Shown one piece after another: positions 8,781-17,069 of a stretch of DNA of 32,512 bases. A model generated the notes under the pieces. It made no database searches. It was given only the letters and a program-made list of their open reading frames with translations, and was not told the origin of the DNA. How positions within the stretch are numbered: position 1 is the stretch's first letter; each line of letters begins with the position of its first letter. The DNA comes from Candidatus Hodarchaeota archaeon (GTDB taxonomy: Archaea; Asgardarchaeota; Heimdallarchaeia; Hodarchaeales; Hodarchaeaceae). The position numbers were made by a program, and so were the translations under genes. The stretch lies in contig JAEOTQ010000119.1 of assembly GCA_016839785.1 (NCBI GenBank), forward strand, positions 1 to 32,512. Reading direction: 5' to 3'.

Positions 8781-9612
8781 GATATAACCATTTCTCCGAT
8801 TTGTACCTTTCATCTGCTAATTGTTGCGCGAGACGGTGTTCCTCAGTAGTTAAGTCTCCCATTAGAAATTTAGATGGATAGTTTGTCAATAGATCATCGT
8901 TAATATACGTGGCAAGCGTACGGGGAGTCATTTCTTTTTTAGTATGCTCAGAAATGGAAGTTACATTTTGATATATCGAGGCTACCATTTGCTTGGTTGA
9001 TCGTCCAGGGCGTGCTTTAAGAACGGAATACATAAGTTCTGGATCAAAATCAATCAGGATTGTCCCATGTTGAAGGATTACATTTCCTGAACGAGCTTGG
9101 GCGTTCCCAGAAATTTTTTTTCCTCTACTGAAAACACTTGGACAATGAATCTGATTATACTCAACCGATAAACCAAGTTTTGAAAGCGGTGAAAATAATA
9201 GGTTTACAATTTCATAGTAACTTGCTTCAATGGATTTACTAGACACTTGATCAGTTGAAGTGACTACAGAGTACGTTAGTTCCCCCTTAGAGTCATGAAA
9301 TACTGCTCCTCCTCCAGAAATACGTCTAACAACCTGAAAGTTATATTTTTCAACCATTGAAAGATCTATTTCATCATCTAAACATTGATGATGACCTATT
9401 GAGACGGTACTGGGATGCCAACTGTATAAACGAAGCGTGTTAACTTTAAGTTTTCCATATAGCTGATAGATGGCTTCATCCACACCCATGTTGAAATATG
9501 CGTCATTTTGGGAATAAGGAATGATTCGCCACGATAGATCGTGAATGTGTATACTCAAGATATATCCCTGTGAAGTAATAAAGTGAGAATTTCGATTATT
9601 CTTGACATTCAA
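8773..9612 (-). CDS. Lipoate-protein ligase A / octanoyltransferase family protein
   Basis: NMGVDEA, VVRRISGGGAVFHD, KKISGNAQ and LQHGTI; true start may be the TTG near 9558. Confidence 0.9.
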   Translation of the reverse strand: MNVKNNRNSHFITSQGYILSIHIHDLSWRIIPYSQNDAYFNMGVDEAIYQLYGKLKVNTLRLYSWHPSTVSIGHHQCLDDEIDLSMVEKYNFQVVRRISGGGAVFHDSKGELTYSVVTSTDQVSSKSIEASYYEIVNLLFSPLSKLGLSVEYNQIHCPSVFSRGKKISGNAQARSGNVILQHGTILIDFDPELMYSVLKARPGRSTKQMVASIYQNVTSISEHTKKEMTPRTLATYINDDLLTNYPSKFLMGDLTTEEHRLAQQLADERYKSEKWLYLK

Positions 9613-9645
9613 ATTACTTCTGAAACGAGAGGTTTAATGGTAAAA

Positions 9646-10404
9646 CTAAGTTTTACCAAAATTAATTGGTTTATCAACTTTGATGGATATCCCTTTTCCC
9701 CCAATATCGTAAGGGTGAACCCTCTTACTGTGATTCATACCCCGCATCTTTAAAATTTCAATCGCTCGTTCCCTAGAAGAATTTACAAGTATATATTGTA
9801 AATTAATAACACCATATGAAAGGAAATCTTCGGTAGAAAATTGAGGATTATGTATATCCGTCACCGCATCATCCGTGTTCTCATAGACAGCTAGAGTAGT
9901 GCACTGTTCTCCCCATAAGATACCTATTACTCTATGTAATTCTTTTCGTACCTCGAATAAATCTCGGAACAATAGGGAGAATGTATTGAGCGGATCAATT
10001 ACTAATCGGTTGACTCCCAAGCGCCGTACTTCATCAATTATTTTCTGGGTGACATAGTCCAGTGAGGCTTCCCGGAGTCGACTTGCTTGTTGCATTATCC
10101 CCATTTCTGTTGAGCTAAAATCTAAAACGGATAATTCTCCCATATCTTGTAATCCTTGCAGATCCCAGCCATAATTTCGCATAATGGCATTCAATGCGGG
10201 TAAGGGTTCATTAAAGGTCACCAAAAGACCAGGATCATGATATTTCAAAATCCCTTCGAGTAAGAATTGAATTGCTAAGGTCGTTTTTCCAACTCCTGCT
10301 CCTCCCCGTAGAGCAATGAACCACCCAGCTGGAATTCCCCCACCGAGAATTTTATCGAATTCTGGGATCCCCGTAGGTTTGATATTTAGACTACCATCGG
10401 CCAT
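9646..10404 (-). CDS. Single-domain KaiC/RAD55-like RecA-superfamily ATPase
   Basis: TGIPEFDKILGGGIP, Walker A GGAGVGKT, Walker B RLVID, EILKMRG; ATG at 10404 preceded by SD GAGGT (ORF track extends to 10425). Confidence 0.9.
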   Translation of the reverse strand: MADGSLNIKPTGIPEFDKILGGGIPAGWFIALRGGAGVGKTTLAIQFLLEGILKYHDPGLLVTFNEPLPALNAIMRNYGWDLQGLQDMGELSVLDFSSTEMGIMQQASRLREASLDYVTQKIIDEVRRLGVNRLVIDPLNTFSLLFRDLFEVRKELHRVIGILWGEQCTTLAVYENTDDAVTDIHNPQFSTEDFLSYGVINLQYILVNSSRERAIEILKMRGMNHSKRVHPYDIGGKGISIKVDKPINFGKT

Positions 10405-10455
10405 AGAAATAACCTCAATGTGCACTATTGGGAATGATGTGGTTAAAAGCCTTCT

Positions 10456-10653
10456 TTAATCAACTAACTTTTCATAAGGATCTTTTTCTGCTTCCTCTTC
10501 TTCTTGGCCAACAGAATAGACTTTGATTTTAACCATCTGACCAGCTAAATTCAGTAATTCGACATCTTTTTTACGAATTTTCAAATGGTATCCGTTAGCG
10601 CATCGACTGACTTTTGTTGTGAATATTAATAGAGGATCGTCCTTTTTACTCAT
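10456..10653 (-). CDS. AbrB/MazE/SpoVT-like (DUF2080-like) small DNA-binding protein
   Basis: TTKVSRCANGYHLKIRKKDVELLNLAGQMVKIKV matches the swapped-hairpin pattern; acidic tail; co-oriented just upstream of the KaiC-like gene. Confidence 0.6.
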   Translation of the reverse strand: MSKKDDPLLIFTTKVSRCANGYHLKIRKKDVELLNLAGQMVKIKVYSVGQEEEEAEKDPYEKLVD

Positions 10654-10856
10654 AATGAATCGGCCCTTTAACCATTAATGTAATTGAATAATCAAAATAC
10701 AACTATAAATAGATTTATTTTCAAAGAAGTAGATTTGAGACCTAGTACCACTCTTTATTCAATTTTAGCCATCATTCGGGTAATAAGTGAGAAAAATTTG
10801 AATAAGGCAAGAAAAAGTAACTCCAGTGACTTTATAAACAAGTAAAGATAGATTTT

Positions 10857-11399
10857 TTATCTATTTGTTATTTTACTCCGCCTAGCATCGATATGAGCAA
10901 TAATCTGTAGGGCTAGTTGGGTAAAAGCTTCCTGGACATTTGTTCCGTTAAGAGCAGATGTTTCATAATAGGTGGCATTAAATTGTTCGGCTTTTTGAGC
11001 AGCTGTTTCACGTTTTACAGCTCTTTTTTCCTCTAAATCAACCTTATTGCCGAATAACATTAAAGGGACCCCACCAGCTTTATCAGTAAAATCTGTATGC
11101 CATTTATCAAGCTTGTTCAGGGTTTCGGGACGAGTTAAATCGTAAACCATAATTCCGCCATGAGAATGCAGGAAATACTGCGTTCGGATATTTCGGAAAG
11201 AATCCTGACCGCTGAGATCCCATATTTGCATCGTCATGCGTGTTTCGGCATCTAATTGAAGTCTCTTTAGTAAAAAATTACTACCGACCGTTGTCTTATA
11301 GTCATGGCTGAAAGCTTGCTCGACGAAGCGACGGATAACCGAAGTTTTACCGACACCTCCTTGGCCTAATAAAATGACCTTGCAGCTATACATAACCAT
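10857..11399 (-). CDS. Rab-like small GTPase
   Basis: KVILLGQGGVGKTS, YKTTVGSNF, QIWDLSGQDSFRNIRTQYF, VYDLT, GNKVDL, ETSA; SD GAGGT. Confidence 0.92.
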   Translation of the reverse strand: MVMYSCKVILLGQGGVGKTSVIRRFVEQAFSHDYKTTVGSNFLLKRLQLDAETRMTMQIWDLSGQDSFRNIRTQYFLHSHGGIMVYDLTRPETLNKLDKWHTDFTDKAGGVPLMLFGNKVDLEEKRAVKRETAAQKAEQFNATYYETSALNGTNVQEAFTQLALQIIAHIDARRSKITNR

Positions 11400-11590
11400 A
11401 AGATCGACCTCACGGACGAAAGGAAAAAGAACTTGACAAGTCAGACCCTTGTTTTGAATTGACTCATAGCTCTGCCAGTTGGTTATTAATAATTAGCTAT
11501 TATGAATTTAAAAATGTGTTACTTCACTCAGATTTTTTTTCGAATTAATTGAAGTAACTTAGTAATTTTATATTTATTTAATATTACGAA

Positions 11591-12328
11591 TCAGTGATTT
11601 CTTCGTTTTTTAATAATCACTAGTGTGAATAAGGTAAAGAGAAACATTATAGGAAGAAAGTTTCTCTCTAGAGTTAAATTGAAGAATATTCCCGAAGTCT
11701 TTGTTGAGATCTCCAATTCCATCAAGATGTGAGTTTCATTCTGTCGTTTATAGTGGTAGTAGGTAAACCACCCAGTCTTCCAATTTCGTTTGAGAATTCC
11801 CTTAAAACTTAATCCTGGTAAATTCTTAGAAACAGCTTCACTTGATTCTACAAAATAATCTCCATCTAAATAGGCTGCATATGTATAATTATTGAATTGA
11901 TCACTCTCTACATTCTGAAAAGATTGATCCTCCCAATAGGTTCGGTTTACAACAGTTTTTCCCATAGCATGCGTAACATATATCCATAAACTATCTGTAA
12001 TTGGAGTAAGAATACCATCATAAGTTTTTTGTATTTTTGGAATGGGCTTTAACTCAATAATTTCAACTTTCGCCTTCAATCCCGCTTTCAGGGTTATATT
12101 AACGGGATCACCATCTATATTAGCAATCGTGACATTCGTTGAATAAGGGTCTCCATTTCCATCAGTATCAAAAATATTGTAATATTTCTTATAGACGAAA
12201 GTCTTGGAATCTCCTACAGACACCTTCCATTCAAATTCTGGATCCTCGAGTATGACAGCTGAAATGTTCAGACTAGATATTGATAAAATCAAGCTTAGAA
12301 TGGCTACTAGAGTGAATTTACTCATCAT
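11591..12328 (-). CDS. Secreted, C-terminally anchored surface protein
   Basis: N-terminal signal-like hydrophobic segment; C-terminal TM followed by KKRR; several N-x-S/T sequons. Confidence 0.75.
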   Translation of the reverse strand: MMSKFTLVAILSLILSISSLNISAVILEDPEFEWKVSVGDSKTFVYKKYYNIFDTDGNGDPYSTNVTIANIDGDPVNITLKAGLKAKVEIIELKPIPKIQKTYDGILTPITDSLWIYVTHAMGKTVVNRTYWEDQSFQNVESDQFNNYTYAAYLDGDYFVESSEAVSKNLPGLSFKGILKRNWKTGWFTYYHYKRQNETHILMELEISTKTSGIFFNLTLERNFLPIMFLFTLFTLVIIKKRRNH

Positions 12329-12552
12329 TTCATTTACCGCGGTTTATATTTGATCAGAGAAATAAACGTCCTTTTCTAAAAATACGAGATATTGAGTTTT
12401 TTATATCTTTGTAAAGGAGAATCTCGGAAGGATTCGATTGTTTTAATAGTTATTCAAAAACTCGTAAAAGATAGTGCTAAAAAATTCTTATTGTATTGGA
12501 AATTCGTATTACTGACATTCTCAATACTAATATGTTGTAAGAAGGTCTTACT

Positions 12553-13854
12553 TTGAGTTTTGAATCCATCAAATCACTATCAGACAAAATAGGTGAAGAA
12601 GTATCAATACGTGGGTGGTTACATCACGTCAGAAGGCAAGGAAAGCTTACTTTTCTTGTGATTCGCGATGCTACTGGGTATATTCAATCAGTTGTGAAAC
12701 CTGCTAGCGGTGAAGCAGCTACAAGCGTAGCGAGTAAATTAACGCGTGAAACAGCAGTGACAGCAACAGGAGTTGTGAAAGAAGATAAACGTGCTCCTTA
12801 TAATGGATTAGAGCTTCAAATTAATAATATTTCTCCAGTAATTGACTATGCCTCCCCCGAATTAGAATATGAAATACGCCCCGATTCAGGACCTCAGGTT
12901 TTACTTAATAAACGTCATCTGGTGTTACGAGGGGAACAAGCCTCTAATATCATGCGATTTCGTGACATTGTCACTCGAAGCTTCCGGAAATTTTTCTTCT
13001 TACGCGATTTTGTGGAGGTTACCCCTAGCACTATTGTACAGACTCAAGTTGAAGGTGGATCTACACTTTTCGGCTTTAAGTATTTTGAACAGGATGCTTA
13101 TCTGACTCAATCGAGTCAACTTTATTTAGAGACAGTATTACCCAGTCTAGGAAATGTTTTTTGCGTACTTCCTTCTTTTAGAGCTGAAAAATCCAGAACT
13201 AGAAGGCATCTTACAGAATATACTCATATAGAAGCAGAAATGCCCTGGTTTGAATTCGAGGATCTATTGGAATTTCTTGAAGATATGATGATTCATGTCT
13301 ATAAAAGAGCTGAAGAGTCTACCATCGTACCAAAATTTGATCAGAAAGTGATTATTCCAGATAAACCATTTGAAAGAGTATCTTATGAGAAGGCTATTGA
13401 TTTATTGAGAGAATATGGTATTAAAGGAGAATCTGGTACTTTTCTTGAATTTGGAGAAGACCTAACAGAAGGACCTGAGCGGATGCTGGTAGATGCTATC
13501 GGTAAACCGACATTTTTAACCCATTTTCCTGTAGGTATGAAACCATTCTACATGAAACTCAATGAATCTAACTCTGAAGTGATGAATGCCGCTGATCTCT
13601 TAATTCCCAATGTGGGAGAAATTGTAGGTGGTTCCCAACGAGAAGACGACTATGAACTACTACTGAATCGAATGAAAGAGGAAGGTTTAGACCCTGCTCC
13701 CTACTATTGGTATTTGGATCAACGAAAATATGGAACAGTTCCACATTCAGGCTTTGGTCTAGGATTAGAAAGATTTATACAAGCGGTTCTGAATTTGGAT
13801 CATATTCGAGAGGCATGTCTATACCCCCGATTGATAAACCGAGCGACTCCGTGA
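12553..13854 (+). CDS. asnS: Asparaginyl-tRNA synthetase
   Basis: OB-fold (IRGW...FLVIRD), EGGSTLF, YLTQSSQLYLE, motif 2 FRAEKSRTRRHLTEY, motif 3 PHSGFGLGLER. Confidence 0.95.
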   Translation: MSFESIKSLSDKIGEEVSIRGWLHHVRRQGKLTFLVIRDATGYIQSVVKPASGEAATSVASKLTRETAVTATGVVKEDKRAPYNGLELQINNISPVIDYASPELEYEIRPDSGPQVLLNKRHLVLRGEQASNIMRFRDIVTRSFRKFFFLRDFVEVTPSTIVQTQVEGGSTLFGFKYFEQDAYLTQSSQLYLETVLPSLGNVFCVLPSFRAEKSRTRRHLTEYTHIEAEMPWFEFEDLLEFLEDMMIHVYKRAEESTIVPKFDQKVIIPDKPFERVSYEKAIDLLREYGIKGESGTFLEFGEDLTEGPERMLVDAIGKPTFLTHFPVGMKPFYMKLNESNSEVMNAADLLIPNVGEIVGGSQREDDYELLLNRMKEEGLDPAPYYWYLDQRKYGTVPHSGFGLGLERFIQAVLNLDHIREACLYPRLINRATP

Positions 13855-13873
13855 TATCGATCCTATTAAATCT

Positions 13874-15613
13874 TTAATCTACTAGTAAGAGTTTTGTGAT
13901 AATCTTCCCACAGGCTTCACATTTTTCAGGGGTTTTATTCCGATCCTTAACCTCAAAAACATTATTGCAGCTAGTGCATTTCCATTGAGAGGGGATTATT
14001 AGTTCCGATTCAATCTGGAGAATGATAGCTGTGAACTTATTCAATAATTGATCAGCTTTGGAGGTCACACTACCTATATCACTTGCCTTACGTAATTCCT
14101 GGGGTGACTCTGCATCACGTAAAGGATCAATATCAAGGATGAGATTGTCAATTGTAGCTTGGATTTCGGCATAGTTTGAAAGTGCTTCGATAACATTTCG
14201 TTCGGTAATCCAAGCAATAACTTCAAGAATATGATCCATTAACTCATAGGTATCAGAAATGGCCGCTTCCTTAGATAAACTGTCAGGAAGCTTTTGAATT
14301 GTGAGGGAGAGTTGCTCAAAGAGGGGTTTCAAGTCTTTTTGGAGCTTTAATTGGGTATATAGACGGAATAGTGTTAGATAATGTGAAAATTGCTTATCTG
14401 GATCGGCCTTTGACATGATTGCGGTCGTTATTTCTCGAATTTGATTTACAGGACAGTCATGTGGATGGGTTGTTTCCCCAACTGGAGTTTTCCACCTGGA
14501 TAAAATGACAATCTGTTTCCCTCGAGTATAATCAAGATCCACATATTCTTGAGCTTTATGTGTCAAACATTCAAAATAAGTATAGTTGGACTTGTCATCA
14601 TCGGCAACAAGAAGTGTGGTATCTGCTTGACAATAGTTACACTGATCAATTGACTCTTCCTCCGTTCTATTAGTTTTCCCACACGCAATACAATAAATAT
14701 AAGTATATTCCGTGGTGAACTTACCGAATGTTCCTGTCCCAGATACTCCAGATTCATCTGCAGATCGACGCATCCGCGCAAAGAGGGAGTCGTCATCATC
14801 CAACATGGCAGTTAACGAGGAACCAAGACCTTCCGCTGCTTCCGACCGAGCTTTTTCTTCCTCTTTCTTCCTCAAATACTCCTCCCGATCCTCAGGTGAC
14901 ATCTTTTCGATCATTTTCAGCTCTTTGACACGATTTTGGATTCTGCCTCTATCTACAGGTGTCAAAGCCTCTAAAAAGTCAGGGGGAAGAGCAGTAATTT
15001 CGTCCATACTCATTTCCTCAAAATCAGTACGTAATGCTGAAATTGGGCCAGCTGGAACGGTGCTGGTAGCCAACATCGCCCCTCCGGGAGGAGGTGGAGG
15101 AGGCGGAGCACCTCCAACAATAGGACGAGGTGGGGGGGGTGCTGAACTCGATTGAATTTGGACAGCTTGGAGATTTCTTTGAATAGATGCGACGATTCTA
15201 CGTTCTAATTCATCTAAAAATCCTGCAGTTTGTTCAAACTTAACTTTTTGATCGGCACGAAGTTTCTCTTGTTTATCTAACGTTTTTCGAACTTCTGTTA
15301 ATAAGTGTTCAGTCATAGCATCTAAACGGGGGAACATATATTGGAGAACATCATACATGATCCACTGCTCAACCTCACCAAATTTCTTGAACGGCTCTGG
15401 GGTTAATGCTCGGAGTGCAGGATAAATTTCGTTGTTATCCATGTTTCGTTGAGCCCATGACCAGATAGTCGATTTTTTCTTACGGTTTCCAAGTAATTCA
15501 TCAGCAATTTGTTCAAAAGTTTGATTATCTAATCTACGCTGAATTAGTTCTTTTTTTCGATCTTCCTTGCTCAAAGAGTACCATATGGCATCAGAAGTAG
15601 TCATACTGGTCAT
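13874..15613 (-). CDS. Multidomain protein: N-terminal HTH-like, coiled coil, polyproline tract, two Zn ribbons, helical region
   Basis: TFEQIADELLG...STIWSW; APPPPRPIVGGAPPPPPPPGG; CIAC...CNYC and WKCTSC...CEACG. Confidence 0.75.
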   Translation of the reverse strand: MTSMTTSDAIWYSLSKEDRKKELIQRRLDNQTFEQIADELLGNRKKKSTIWSWAQRNMDNNEIYPALRALTPEPFKKFGEVEQWIMYDVLQYMFPRLDAMTEHLLTEVRKTLDKQEKLRADQKVKFEQTAGFLDELERRIVASIQRNLQAVQIQSSSAPPPPRPIVGGAPPPPPPPGGAMLATSTVPAGPISALRTDFEEMSMDEITALPPDFLEALTPVDRGRIQNRVKELKMIEKMSPEDREEYLRKKEEEKARSEAAEGLGSSLTAMLDDDDSLFARMRRSADESGVSGTGTFGKFTTEYTYIYCIACGKTNRTEEESIDQCNYCQADTTLLVADDDKSNYTYFECLTHKAQEYVDLDYTRGKQIVILSRWKTPVGETTHPHDCPVNQIREITTAIMSKADPDKQFSHYLTLFRLYTQLKLQKDLKPLFEQLSLTIQKLPDSLSKEAAISDTYELMDHILEVIAWITERNVIEALSNYAEIQATIDNLILDIDPLRDAESPQELRKASDIGSVTSKADQLLNKFTAIILQIESELIIPSQWKCTSCNNVFEVKDRNKTPEKCEACGKIITKLLLVD

Positions 15614-15835
15614 TTCGCTATGTTTTTTTCGAAGAGTCTCAGTACGGCCAATATACTTTGTTCATATAAACGTATACATTTTGTTCATATGGTAAGATAT
15701 CAAAATGAGTGTCAAATTTTCATCTTGTCGCAATTAAGTGATTTTTTAGCTTTGAGAAAAAAGATTGAAAGAAAGAAATTTCGAAAAATCCCCTATTTTT
15801 CATTTATCTGATATTTTAATTTTCCAGTGATATTA

Positions 15836-16801
15836 TTACTCAAAAGACACGAGAAAGGAAGTAGCAATGTCAACCAAATCCGGGGGATACCAGTGACCAA
15901 GGTTGGGGTACTCAATAAATTCACAAGAAATTCCCCCATTATTTAACATCACAACCAGATCTTTTAACTTGTCCCTAGGAATCGCTAGATCTTCTGTACC
16001 ACGAATAATCATTCCACGTAATTCATTATTCTTCGTATCATCAATGAGAGACTGCCATTTATCAGGTTCGTCCAAGATTCCTCCTCCAGGAGCTACAATT
16101 ACAAAACTACAGACTGAAATATCCCCAGTTAATGCCATTTGCAATGCAACGCCTCCTCCTTGGGAAAAACCTCCGATAAAACGTCTATCAGGATCTATGA
16201 TATTATTCCTGTTAATTTCACCCATATACTTATGAATTTCCTTCACCGATGATTGATAATCAGGCCAGTATGCATTATCCATTCCTGACCAGTATAGATT
16301 AGTGGAACGAGGGATCCCTAGTAAATATCCTTGAGTCCCTATAGATTTCCAAACTTCATATTCATCCTCAATAAACCCCCCACCTCCATGCAAGCTTAAC
16401 ATCAACGGATAGGGCGGATCAGTATTATCTGGAATAACTGTAATATTATTGGATTTTGAAGGTTGCTTAGATCGACTGACACTAAGTTTAACCAAGTCTT
16501 CAAATTTAGGCAAACCTTGAAGGGGAATTAATGCAGGACTTTCTCGTAATATCAATTCAGAATACCACCCACCCTCATCTAAAACTTCTTTCAAAAAATT
16601 ACAGGTCAATTCATAATCTTTCATCTTTGATGCTGTAGCAATCAATGAATAGCAAATGGCCGTTTTCAGTTCAGGAAACTCTTTCACAAGATCTTTATCA
16701 ATATTCATGGCTTCTTGATATTTTTCAGCATAATATAGCTCAGTAGACTTTCTTTGAAGCTCTCTATAGCGTAATCTAGCTTCTAAATTCATTTTTACCA
16801 A
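15836..16801 (-). CDS. Alpha/beta hydrolase (phospholipase/carboxylesterase type) with N-terminal helical TPR-like region
   Basis: LHGGG, nucleophile motif GFSQG, GTED and LGHWYP (Ser-Asp-His triad). Confidence 0.85.
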   Translation of the reverse strand: MVKMNLEARLRYRELQRKSTELYYAEKYQEAMNIDKDLVKEFPELKTAICYSLIATASKMKDYELTCNFLKEVLDEGGWYSELILRESPALIPLQGLPKFEDLVKLSVSRSKQPSKSNNITVIPDNTDPPYPLMLSLHGGGGFIEDEYEVWKSIGTQGYLLGIPRSTNLYWSGMDNAYWPDYQSSVKEIHKYMGEINRNNIIDPDRRFIGGFSQGGGVALQMALTGDISVCSFVIVAPGGGILDEPDKWQSLIDDTKNNELRGMIIRGTEDLAIPRDKLKDLVVMLNNGGISCEFIEYPNLGHWYPPDLVDIATSFLVSFE

Positions 16802-17005
16802 ATCTCGCTTAACATATAGTAAATTAATTTAGAAATTAAAAATTGAAAAGTCAAATATTACTTTTAATATTTTTAGATCTCTGCAGGTATCATTTTACGA
16901 GTCTGTCACGATAGAATTGATCAGAAATTCAGTTATTCTTCTTCTGTTGAAATAATTTAATGAGAGAGATTCACCCTAATTCAAACGAACATAAATCATT
17001 GGCCT

Positions 17006-17062
17006 TCAGATTCACGTTAAAGTCGATCACTTCTTCTCAATAATTCAATGCGTCTTCATCAG
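17006..17062 (-). ncRNA. Candidate C/D box sRNA
   Basis: Minus strand: C box cTGATGA, 15 nt, D' TTGA, C'-like GTGATCGA, 13 nt, D box CTGA; 57 nt in total. Confidence 0.4.
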
Positions 17063-17069
17063 GGTTTTT

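Noticed and set aside
9646-10404. Circadian clock KaiC
   Set aside because: Single domain, no kaiA/kaiB nearby; fits the general archaeal KaiC-like ATPases.
14712-15155. 147-aa Gly/Ser-rich + strand ORF
   Set aside because: Antisense shadow of the polyproline region of the 579-aa gene.
17041-17052. Guide complementarity to 16S rRNA UAAUUCGAUGC
   Set aside because: That is the bacterial version of this region; the archaeal consensus differs, so no target is claimed.
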